Shown: piece by piece, positions 11,885-21,212 of the stretch
Layout: the number at the start of each line of letters is the position of its first letter
Numbering within the stretch: the first letter of the stretch is position 1
NCBI GenBank assembly: GCA_002811645.1
Contig: PDIP01000057.1
Coordinates: 148,297 to 212,296 of the forward strand
Origin: Corallochytrium limacisporum Hawaii
Lineage: Eukaryota > Protista > Pluriformea
Direction of reading: 5' to 3'
Length of the DNA stretch: 64,000 nucleotides
Notes under the pieces: generated by a model
The model's input: only the letters and a program-made list of their open reading frames with translations
Database searches by the model: none
Told to the model about the DNA's origin: nothing
Position numbers and translations under genes: made by a program

Positions 11885-12412
11885 ATGTCGCTGCAGCGCA
11901 CCGTCGGAATGTTTCGGCCCTTCGGCCGGATAGTGGCTCGCTCCGGTCGTCCCACTGCCATCCAAGGTAAGTATGTTTATGAAACTCGGGATGAATGCGC
12001 TCAACTGAAAAATGGGACGGTACATACTAACATGGGCTCTAATTGTCAATCCTCTTTACATATTGTAGCAAAGCGTTTCTTCTCTTCTGATCTGACTGAC
12101 GCTGAATTCGACGAGGCCTGGGAGAAGTTCTTCAAGCGGGAGGATCTCGATAACTACCAGATGCGTCGTGGTCTGGACGATTTGTTCTCCCACGATTTGA
12201 TTCCTGAGCCTCGCATCATCGTTGCAGCTCTGCACTGCTCTCGCCGCCTCAATGACTTCGCCACCACCGTGCGCATTCTGGAAGGTGTGAAGGACAAATC
12301 TACTCTGGACCCTTCTCTGTACGACTGGGTTCTGGGTGAGATTAAGCCAACTCTGCAGGAGCTCGGTGTTCCCACCCCCGAGGAGCTTGGACTGGACGCC
12401 TCCAACAAGTAA
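11885..12412 (+). CDS. COX5A: Cytochrome c oxidase subunit 5A (yeast Cox6); exons 11885-11966 and 12069-12412
   Basis: Arg-rich mitochondrial presequence from ATG 11885. Mature domain EFDEAWEKFF..RRGLDDLFSHDLIPEPRIIVAALHCSRRLNDFATTVRILEGVKDK..LQELGVPTPEEL. Splicing gives 141 aa. Confidence 0.93.
   Translation: MSLQRTVGMFRPFGRIVARSGRPTAIQGKYVYETRDECAQLKNGTVHTNMGSNCQSSLHIVAKRFFSSDLTDAEFDEAWEKFFKREDLDNYQMRRGLDDLFSHDLIPEPRIIVAALHCSRRLNDFATTVRILEGVKDKSTLDPSLYDWVLGEIKPTLQELGVPTPEELGLDASNK
11967..12068 (+). other. Spliceosomal intron (102 nt, phase 1) in COX5A
   Basis: Donor AAG|GTAAGT at 11967, branch point TACTAAC at 12025-12031, acceptor TAG at 12066-12068. Removal deletes 34 residues that do not resemble COX5A and keeps the frame. 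Confidence 0.85.
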
Positions 12413-13140
12413 ATTATTCGATGCTCCCGGCATTCATGTAATACTCTATACTACACATAATGATTGGAATTTGAAGTCTCCTATGGGTCTCGGGAAACTT
12501 GAGAGAGTCAGGGTTGCGATCACAGAATTCTCCAAGTTACGTCGATTCGAACCAGTGAGCTCCAAAGCGTCCAATCCCATCAAAAACAGCTGTTAGAAAG
12601 TCATCATAATCGTAACATAGTGGCCTTTGACCAGCATGTTAAAATTCCCAATATGTCTTATTGTCTTATGTTTTGATGTTCGCACAGGACGTAAAGGCAC
12701 CTCTTTTCCGGTGCCGTCAAGTCCGATCAATTATCTTCACAATACGATTCGCTTTTATTGGTCTTATATACTGAGACTCGAAGGAAACCCGGAGAGAGGG
12801 AAAGGGAAGGGGAGGGGGGAAAGCAGAGGGAAAGATTTCCTATTGAAATCTCACGGGGCCGAGTTTCACTGCGGGGTGGGTCTCAAAGTCCACGCCAAAA
12901 GGTCTCGGTCTCTTCTAGGAGTCTCCTAGATGGAATTCCGGGGACAAAGCATTGGATCCGACCGCAGACATTCACTCCAGCCACATCGCTTCTACTGCAA
13001 TCATGTCAGTAGATAGTGAGGTAGTTGAATGGTATCTCCGACAACTCATATGAAAGTCATCCTGATCAGAGAGACTGACATGAACCAGGTCACTTGTTGG
13101 TCATATCATTGTCCTGTAATCCGCATCAGATCCATCAAAA

Positions 13141-13758
13141 ATGCCCAAGCAAAATGGTTCAGTCAGTTCCACTCATTCAGTGGGTAGCAATGAACATTGC
13201 TGTCCAGGAAGAAGAGGTGTTCCGGAGAACCCTATCACGATCGACGACCGTCGATTGCCCACAAAAATGGGATCGAGGACTCCCAAGATCATCGTAAAAG
13301 ATCCGAGGGTAGGACTCATTGTCGACCTTCAGGGAAAGCCGATCCAAGGCATGAAGTCTCCCCTTCAAAACACGAACCGCCCAAACGCCAAAGCTTCGCG
13401 TATGAATGGTAAACCCTTTGCTGGTGCCGTTGTAAGCAAGAGGGTACACTCGCGTGGCTTGCAATCCAAGATATTGATCAAATCATACACCTTGCCAACC
13501 AAGCTACCTGAGGATCGTTTGGTATATCCACGGTGTGTACCGCCAGCTCTGTCTAACGGGAGCCCCAATCAGGTCGTTCCGGAGTCTGATCCAATTTCAC
13601 TCGAGACAACAAACGAATTCAAAGTTGTACATCCACACCCTCGAACGGAACGATCCCCGCCCCTGATTGTACCAGTTACTGGTTCAGCATCCTCACTGAC
13701 CCATACCATTGATGATATTCGAGCTGCCAATGCTTTGTTAGCCATGAGCAGAGGATGA
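13141..13758 (+). CDS. Hypothetical low-complexity protein with C-terminal AAxxLLxM helix
   Basis: 205-aa ATG ORF in an A-rich start context; Pro/Ser/Lys-rich; ends IDDIRAANALLAMSRG. Confidence 0.55.
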   Translation: MPKQNGSVSSTHSVGSNEHCCPGRRGVPENPITIDDRRLPTKMGSRTPKIIVKDPRVGLIVDLQGKPIQGMKSPLQNTNRPNAKASRMNGKPFAGAVVSKRVHSRGLQSKILIKSYTLPTKLPEDRLVYPRCVPPALSNGSPNQVVPESDPISLETTNEFKVVHPHPRTERSPPLIVPVTGSASSLTHTIDDIRAANALLAMSRG

Positions 13759-14299
13759 TGACTCGATCGACTCCTCGCCCGGTCCTTCTCAACGAGCTGA
13801 TTGCTGTGCACCTTGCACAGTGACGAGGAGGGGGAAGGGGAACACTTCGCCTGTCGCAACAGAAAGGGAAGTAAAGTACTAGGTTACCTGTACATCCATC
13901 ACTAGGGGCCGGGCAGGGTCTCACTGGTCCGTTCGGACGGGCCGGTCCCCACAGCAGGCATTGGTGACAATGCGGAAGAGCATCGTGGCAGCCATACTGG
14001 ACAAAGTACACACCGTGTGGAAATGAAGGTAAACACATCAACAAACTAATATCATTGTCAATTTAGATTATCTTGTAAGCATATGAAGTACATTCCACAA
14101 GATAGCCGTGCCGTGTGCGACCACACATCACACAGAGATTGACCTGGTCAGAATGGCGACACGGGCAAACTTTCTCAGGGCTCAGGAACTTTCTTCACGA
14201 CTGCCACCTCCTCCAAGCAGGATCAAACAGAAAGTTTCTGGAGTGTCCAAACAATGACAGGGTGGAACATGTTTCCTCTGGAGTGATCACGGACTCAGT

Positions 14300-14992
14300 C
14301 TACGGTCCGATCGCATATGCGCAGCTTCCGTGCACAACCGAAACATTGCTGCCGTGCTCACTATGCAGTGTCTAACACTATTACAGCAGCATACAGTGGC
14401 GGTGACATCATCTCATGACATGCCTCGACAGCGTCGAAGGTCTGCAAAATCCCGATGGAAGAAGACGATGAGTGCCTGTGCATGGCCTACGACAACCTCA
14501 GTAACCGCAACGCTGTCGCTGGCAAGAAGCTCAGCATTCTTGTCATGGATGCTGAGACCAACAAACCCATTATTCAGCTGCGCGAAGGCTTGTAGAATCA
14601 GGGTCACCGCAACCGTATTTCACGAAGCTGTGGGATATAAGTGCCGGCAAGGAGAAGCAAAAAGTCGTTTTCCATGAGCATGCCAACGGCAAGGAAATGC
14701 CCTGCATGATGGACGCCTCTCAATTCAGTAAGCACAGTGATCAGTTCGCTGGTGGGGGTGGAGGAAACGAGAATGAGTTGCATATCTGGGATGTGCAGCC
14801 AATCGTCCTCTAGGAAGGCTGGCTATTTTCGAAAAGGAGGTGTACACCATTGATTTCCACCCCAGTGAGCCTTTGCTTGCTGTCGGTGATTGCGCTGGCG
14901 CCCTCTGGATGGTCCGTTTCGAGGAATCCGACGTTCTGCAAGGTATCCCGAGTGCTGTGTCCTCCGGTGTCAGAATTTCTAGCCACGAGTAG
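14300..14992 (+). pseudogene. Decayed WD40-repeat gene
   Basis: WD40-like blades spread over three frames. Frame 1: GDIIS*HASTASK..ECLCMAYDNLSNRNAVAGKKLSILVMDAETNK (TGA 14416-18, TAG 14593-95). Frame 3: TKLWDISAGK..SQFSKHSDQFAGGGGGNENELHIWDVQ (TAG 14811-13). Frame 2: KEVYTIDFHPSEPLLAVGDCAGALWMVRF (stop 14990-92). Confidence 0.7.
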
Positions 14993-16351
14993 GTGTTGAT
15001 TCTTAGATGGACATGAGCCATCCAAAAGAAAACACCCAGGTGAGATCACCCCAGCCGCTTAGTTCCGAAGAACGACCAAAAATCCTAAGTAACCCGAGGA
15101 GAAGTCCCAAGATCTGTATCAAATAAGCTCCCCAAATGCCCCGCTTCCCACCTAAGTATTGATTTGCTTTCCTGACCGAACGGGAGGGTGTTTAGTGGTC
15201 GTTGCGGCAGCAGGTTTCAAGCCCACCCACCCCCTGTAACCCCATAAGGGAGGGTGAATGGTTTTTGCCCTGTGGCTTTTCCTTCCTTCCGTTCCCCTTT
15301 GTTCAACAGCGCACACCCTTCACACAGTACAAATCCACATTTGTTTCGAGCCCGACAGCAGCCGCACCGGGGGAGGATGGACCCCAGGACCCGTACCAGA
15401 GCGCTTACTGGAGTGCTGACCGGCCTTACTCCCTAACTAACCCTGTTCTTGGCCCCATGTTTTCCTCAACCTGCCTGCTTTGGTGGTCCACCTACTTTAA
15501 TCCCCCAGAGTAGAAAAAGGGAAAGTACGAACGGGAAAACCTGGGGTTTACTACGTTGGGAAGCTGCCGTGTATGGTTGCTGCGTGTTAGTTTGTTTTCT
15601 CTCTTCGTTGTGGTCGGTGTGCACCCCTCCCCCCTCCGGGGGGGAGGGAGGGGAACTTCGCCTCCCGCAACGGGAAATGGTGGGGAGGGGCTGCTGGTTA
15701 CACAACCGGAGTGTGCGACGGCGGTGTGTCGGTATCGGGGAGCTGCCCCGGCGAAATGCCGGGGTGGTCGTGTGTGCGTGATGATAGAAAGGTGCCGTCC
15801 GTTTTTTTTACGGGGGAAAGTAAATGGGAGCGACCGAGTCGAAAACCCCCTTCCTCTCCCCCCCCCCCGGCAGGGGGGGGCCAGAAAAACAGGGGACCCA
15901 GAAAGACGGAACGAAAAAGCAAAGGACAAAAAAAAGGAAATGGAAGAAGGGCAAGAAAAAAAAACATGCACCCCCCCCTCCCCTCTCCCCGGCGGTCTGG
16001 TGTGTCACATCAGAGGGTCCCTGTCTTTTTTAAGTGTGTCCAGGGAACTCTCGCACTTCTGAGCAAACTGGATCGAGTATTGCGGGAGTATTACACTGGG
16101 CACTGAGAACCTGCACCGCTCGTGGTGAAGCAAAATAGGTACATCCCGAAACCGGGCCCCTCTGATAGGGTTTGAGTGTGTGCTCTATCCTCCCTAAGAA
16201 GGAGGTTTTGACGTCGAAGCTATTTCAAGTTGATCCACGGATCAGATTTTGCAGTTTAGATATAATGTGCCGATGTAAATTGGGTACGGATGTAGTGAAG
16301 ATATACACTAGTGAAGAATGGGTTCATAGTTGTTCAGGGGAAAGCGAAGAC

Positions 16352-18001
16352 ATGTCTATCCTGCCGCAGCCTTCCCACAGGGGAGTGTTCAGGGACTTTT
16401 CCCAGCTGCACCTACAGAAGAACGTTCGAACGGCCTTTAGCGTACCGGAGGGTCAGTATGAACTCGATGAAAGTGCGTGCTACTCTCATCCTAGCGGAAA
16501 GATGTTCTTCTGTTCGCAACTCTTACCAGTAACGGCTGAGGTACTTAGCACGAATGCTGAAGATCTACAGATCCCCAGTGCAGAAGAGAGCCTGGCCCGG
16601 AGGCATGTCTCACAACTTCCAGTGCTGGACAGCGAAGATAGTGGAAAGAAGAAGAGCCGAGGGCGCAAGCTACTAATGTCGCGCAAAGACTCCAAAACCT
16701 CCAAGGTCGTAAAAACATCGGAGCCGAAGAGCAAGGTGGCCGCACTTTTGCTGGATGGCATGCGAGTAATCTGGTTTGGGGTCTTTTGTACTCTATACTA
16801 CTACCCATTCCCGAATGCAGAGGGTCAGCCCATGGAACTGCTGGACGACCTCGGTCTCCGGAACGCGGTGACGGCTTTGAAGAGCCAGCTAGTTCCTGCG
16901 TCCGAAGGGGAGGAGCCTTCGGCTCTCAAGGTCCATACTGCAGTGGGATTTTCAGGCGGAGAGGTTCTGTACCGGGATCTGATCAGTCGCAAGGCCATGT
17001 GGTTTAACCAAGAAGGTGTCGGTGCAAAGGCCCCTGTAAACTCAATGGCGTGGTCTCCGGATCGCTCAGGAACATTGCTGTGTGGACATAGCGGGGGACA
17101 GATTTTTGTTTATTCTCTCAACCGCGGAGATGTGGACACAAAATTTATGCAGAACGCTAAAGGACATATCAACTCAGAGAATCCAAAGCACATGCCACCG
17201 GCTTTGTGGATCAAGAACAAGAGTTCCAAGAGCAACCCGATAGGTGTCTGGCGGGTCGGACGGGGTAATGTGCATTGTATGGAATTCAGTCCCAATGGCA
17301 GGTGGCTGGCCATCGGCAGCGCGGACGGGTGGTTGCGAGTGTTTGATTGGCCGTCTCAGAACATCTACTTTGCAGCAAAGAGTTACTTTGGAGCGGTGTA
17401 CTGCGTGTCCTGGAGTCCCGACAATATTTATCTCGCAGTGGGCGGTGAAGACGACGTGGTCACCGTATACGACTTTGAGGACAGGCAGCTGATTGCCCGG
17501 GGTCTGGGACACGATAACTGGATTAGTGGTGTCAAGTTTGACCCGTGGTTATGCGACGACACGACGTACCGGATTGCGAGTGTCGGCTTCGACTGTAAGC
17601 TCGTCTTGTGGGACTTTTCTTTAGAGACTCTGAGCCGTCCCAAGCATCAGGCAGCCAATGGACAGGGCAGCATTTCTGCGACGAAGAGCTCTCAGAGCAT
17701 CACGGCTATGATAAAGAGCAAGCGCCACAGCCACAACCCAATCACTGGAAAACCGTCAATTACTGACATAGACGCCCGGAAGAGCGACAGCAAGAACCAG
17801 CCTCTCCATCCCACTGGACCGGACGTGGTTGAGCTTCTATATCCCAAGCGCCGCGAGGTCGCCATCATGGCTTCCGTAATGGAACACAAAATCCACCACG
17901 AGCCGCTAACGGACCTGAATTACACTCGTGAAGGTCTGATGACAGTTGATTGCGCGGGTGTGGTCAAGTTTTGGACTCGACCAGCATCCGGAAGCGAGTA
18001 A
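16352..18001 (+). CDS. WDR20: WDR20/DMWD/CreC WD40 protein (USP12/46 deubiquitinase cofactor)
   Basis: KSNPIGVWRVG, FSPNGRWLAIGSADGWLRVFD, KSYFGAVYCVSWSPD..VGGEDDVVTVY, ARGLGHDNWISGVKFDPW, YRIASVGFDCKLVLWD, KIHHEPLT. Start placed at ATG 16352; upstream in-frame starts are possible. Confidence 0.9.
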   Translation: MSILPQPSHRGVFRDFSQLHLQKNVRTAFSVPEGQYELDESACYSHPSGKMFFCSQLLPVTAEVLSTNAEDLQIPSAEESLARRHVSQLPVLDSEDSGKKKSRGRKLLMSRKDSKTSKVVKTSEPKSKVAALLLDGMRVIWFGVFCTLYYYPFPNAEGQPMELLDDLGLRNAVTALKSQLVPASEGEEPSALKVHTAVGFSGGEVLYRDLISRKAMWFNQEGVGAKAPVNSMAWSPDRSGTLLCGHSGGQIFVYSLNRGDVDTKFMQNAKGHINSENPKHMPPALWIKNKSSKSNPIGVWRVGRGNVHCMEFSPNGRWLAIGSADGWLRVFDWPSQNIYFAAKSYFGAVYCVSWSPDNIYLAVGGEDDVVTVYDFEDRQLIARGLGHDNWISGVKFDPWLCDDTTYRIASVGFDCKLVLWDFSLETLSRPKHQAANGQGSISATKSSQSITAMIKSKRHSHNPITGKPSITDIDARKSDSKNQPLHPTGPDVVELLYPKRREVAIMASVMEHKIHHEPLTDLNYTREGLMTVDCAGVVKFWTRPASGSE

Positions 18002-18164
18002 ACCTCAACGCATCGAAAAACTTCATTACACGTGCCACTTGAGTATGTTTCACTACATGCATGAATGATTATGCTATATTTCTTAAGGGATTCTTGGGTT
18101 TGGCTTTGGCTTTTTCGATTCTGGGATGGCATATAAGAGTAAGAGGGCTGAGCCATTATGCTCT

Positions 18165-19607
18165 TTACACGTTGAGGTCCGCCCTGCCCTCAAGTTGATC
18201 CTTGTAGGCGGCACAGATGGGGTTGACCTCCTCGCGGATGAAGCGCTCGCATTGTTGAGGTGCACGGCCAGTAAAGGTGGCAGGGTCCAACAACTCGTCC
18301 AGTTTGGAATGAATTGGCCAGAAGTAGTCAGAGTTCTTGACGCGGTCGATGAGGTCATTGTCTTTACCCTCCTGCTTTACTTGAGCGGCAGCTTGCTGAC
18401 TGAGAACACGGATATGTTCGTGGCAAACCTGACGATCACCGCCTTCCTTTACCATAGCCATAATGATGTTTTCAGTGGCCATAAAAGGCAGCTCAGACAT
18501 GATGCGCTTCTGGATGACCTTAGGGTAGACGACGATGCCTTCAGTCACGTTCTGCAGAATGTTTAGCACAATATCGGCAGTCAGGAAGGCCTCGCCCAGT
18601 GTAATACGACGGTTTGCAGAGTCGTCAAGCGTACGCTCCAGCCACTGCACTGAAATAGTCTGGTATCCGTTCATTGCCAGTGTCATTAAGTGACGGCTCA
18701 GACTGCAGGCACGCTCGGAGCGCATGGGATTCCGCTTGTAAGCCATGGCACTACTACCGATCTGGTCCTTCTCGAAGGGCTCCTCGATCTCTTTCAGGTT
18801 GGCCAGTAGACGAATGTCAGTGGCAATCTTGTGGCAGCTGCCACCGAGAGAGGCCAGAGCACTCAGCACATCGGCATCGACCTTGCGGCTATAAGTTTGT
18901 CCCGTGACAATGTAGGCCTTCTTGAATCCCGCAGCCTCAGTAACCATGCGATCCAGCTCCTCCACCTTGTCATGATCTCCATCGAAAAGAGACAAGAAAC
19001 TTGCCTGCGTCCCTGTGGTACCCTTGACACCGCGGAATCGAAGATCATCGCGTGCTCTCTCAATGTTGCGCATGTCCATGACGAGGTCCTGCAGCCACAG
19101 GCACGCACGTTTGCCTACGGTAGTCAGCTGGGCCGGCTGGTAGTGAGTGAAACCGAGAGTCGGCTGGTCCTTCCATTCCATGGCGAACTTGGACAGACGG
19201 CTAATGACACGTGCCAACTTCACCCGGAGAATGTCCAGACCATCACGGAGGACAATAAGATCAGTGTTGTCACCGACATAGCAAGAAGTAGCACCCAAGT
19301 GAATGATGGGGGCTGCCTTGGGGCAGCGGACACCGAAAGTGTGGACGTGTGCCATGACGTCGTGTCGGCGGATCTTCTCCTCCTCAGCTGCCAGCGTGTA
19401 ATCAATGTCTTCAATGTTGTCTTTCATTTCCTGAATCTGCTCCTGTTTGATATCAATTCCCAGTTTCTGCTCGGCCTCAGCCAAGTGGACCCACAATTTG
19501 CGCCAAGTGGTGAATTTTTTGTGGGGGCTGAAGTTGAAGGACATCTCCTTCGATGCGTACCGTGAGACCAGAGGGCTCTGGTACTTCAGAGTGTCCTCGT
19601 TCGCCAT
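18165..19607 (-). CDS. ADSL: Adenylosuccinate lyase
   Basis: [40 protein letters not shown] and the fumarase-family signature [18 protein letters not shown] 19607 (MANEDT) gives 480 aa. Confidence 0.98.
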   Translation of the reverse strand: MANEDTLKYQSPLVSRYASKEMSFNFSPHKKFTTWRKLWVHLAEAEQKLGIDIKQEQIQEMKDNIEDIDYTLAAEEEKIRRHDVMAHVHTFGVRCPKAAPIIHLGATSCYVGDNTDLIVLRDGLDILRVKLARVISRLSKFAMEWKDQPTLGFTHYQPAQLTTVGKRACLWLQDLVMDMRNIERARDDLRFRGVKGTTGTQASFLSLFDGDHDKVEELDRMVTEAAGFKKAYIVTGQTYSRKVDADVLSALASLGGSCHKIATDIRLLANLKEIEEPFEKDQIGSSAMAYKRNPMRSERACSLSRHLMTLAMNGYQTISVQWLERTLDDSANRRITLGEAFLTADIVLNILQNVTEGIVVYPKVIQKRIMSELPFMATENIIMAMVKEGGDRQVCHEHIRVLSQQAAAQVKQEGKDNDLIDRVKNSDYFWPIHSKLDELLDPATFTGRAPQQCERFIREEVNPICAAYKDQLEGRADLNV

Positions 19608-20596
19608 CGTATTTGTCTTTGAACTCAAAACTTTACAGGTCCGTGTAGGATCCCAGTCCCATAGACTCACATGGATATTCTGAGTTAGAGAATGCGAAGT
19701 ACCTCACTCGCACATTCACATGGACAGGACGATCAATCCTATGAGAGCCATTGCACGGCTGACAGCAGCGCAGGACTGTCCCGTAGACATTACGCACTCC
19801 CTCGGAACAAGTGCAATATAGACACTGGGCTCATAAAGTTCCGCAGGGACACGCCTCCTGTGTGACCAAGTGACTTGCTTGGATTTTCGACTCTGTGTCT
19901 GCGAACGGGTGTGCTGTGTGTACTTGGTGGGTTCGTACCCGTTGAGGGCAGGGAGCCTCCCGATGGAACAGCAAGCGCAGGTGGGACCGGTTTGGCGGGC
20001 ACGCGTGTCTCCCCTCGTCCCGTACGGCCCACCGCCCTGCTGTGGCCCTGCCAGCCCTTTTGACAAGAGACAAGGGCCAGTGTTCCCATAGTAAATGTAC
20101 CAGCCGCCCGTGCCTTAATGGGTGTTTCCATTGTGAACGGACACCTCTGCAAATTATCTCAGGCGGTCATTTCTATACTTAATATATGGCTGTCTCACAG
20201 CTGTGGAGAGCAATAACAAACACGGATAATCTTCCGGGAAGCGCCGGGACCAGACCCCGCTCTCTGCCAACGGAAACGATTTGCGGGCCGTTGCGGAGAA
20301 ATATTGATTAGTTGTGATCGGAGACGGCGATTCGGCGAAAGGGAGACGCGGAGTTGGGTTGTTCAAGGAGGAGTTTTAAGCGATCAGTACTTTCGGTAAG
20401 GGGAGGGAGCCAGTCTGGGTCCGAACGGCCCTGAGTGTTGCGTGCAAAGTCCACAACGAAGTTGACGCGCCTACAACCGATTACAATTTGCCAAGTCATG
20501 TGACGCGATGAACACAAAAGGTATTGAAACCATTTCTGTGCCTTACCACGGAATTGTTTAGAAAGATCTTCGCTTTGCGTATGAAGAAATTAAAGA

Positions 20597-21025
20597 ATGT
20601 TGAAGGTCAAAGTAGGTGCAGAAGCCACAAACGCACACCACACAATGGACGGTGACAATATGGCAGGGCTGGCGGCCCTGAATTTCGGCACACCCGATTT
20701 TATGAATCCTTTTGAAACTCTGACTGGATCAGCATTAAATGAAGAGGCAATTTGGTACTTTTTCTTATATTTGCACCCGAGTGAGGATGTACGTCAGGGC
20801 GCATTTGCGGCATTGCGGAGATATAAGGGAATCAAACTGCTCAAGTCTGCATACGATATCATGACAGGTGAGGCACAAATGAAGGCTCTGCGGGCACGGA
20901 TGATCCTTAATATTGCGGCGTACATAAACCAAAATCCGAATTTGACACCAGCACAGACACGGAGGTTTGTCCAGGATGAACTCATCAATTTCATTCGGTC
21001 AGCCAAGTATGTATTGGGAGAGTAA
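20597..21025 (+). CDS. Hypothetical small helical protein
   Basis: 142-aa ATG ORF with globular-looking composition (EEAIWYFFLYLHP..ALRRYKG..LLKSAYDIM..MKALRARMI); own upstream and downstream intergenic space. The true start may be a downstream Met. Confidence 0.7.
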   Translation: MLKVKVGAEATNAHHTMDGDNMAGLAALNFGTPDFMNPFETLTGSALNEEAIWYFFLYLHPSEDVRQGAFAALRRYKGIKLLKSAYDIMTGEAQMKALRARMILNIAAYINQNPNLTPAQTRRFVQDELINFIRSAKYVLGE

Positions 21026-21212
21026 GCTGGGGTTCTAGAGTTATATAAAGTAAAGTAGATTCGCAAGTATAGTTAGTTGAGCATTGGGTTAGTAGTATGA
21101 TGATATGGAGTATGATTATGTATTACGATGACATTTGTTTACGATGATGGAAAGAATACTACGTATGTCTGTTCTGAAGGTGATGCCTCCCCTTGAAGTG
21201 TCCTTGGAAGGT

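Noticed and set aside
13017-13038. tgaggtagt resembling the let-7 5' end, and a possible C/D snoRNA
   Set aside because: Only 9 nt match, with no pre-miRNA duplex; box C is imperfect and box D is misplaced.
21097-21177. ATGATGA...CTGA C/D box pattern
   Set aside because: AT-rich convergent 3' UTR region with no terminal stem or recognisable rRNA guide.
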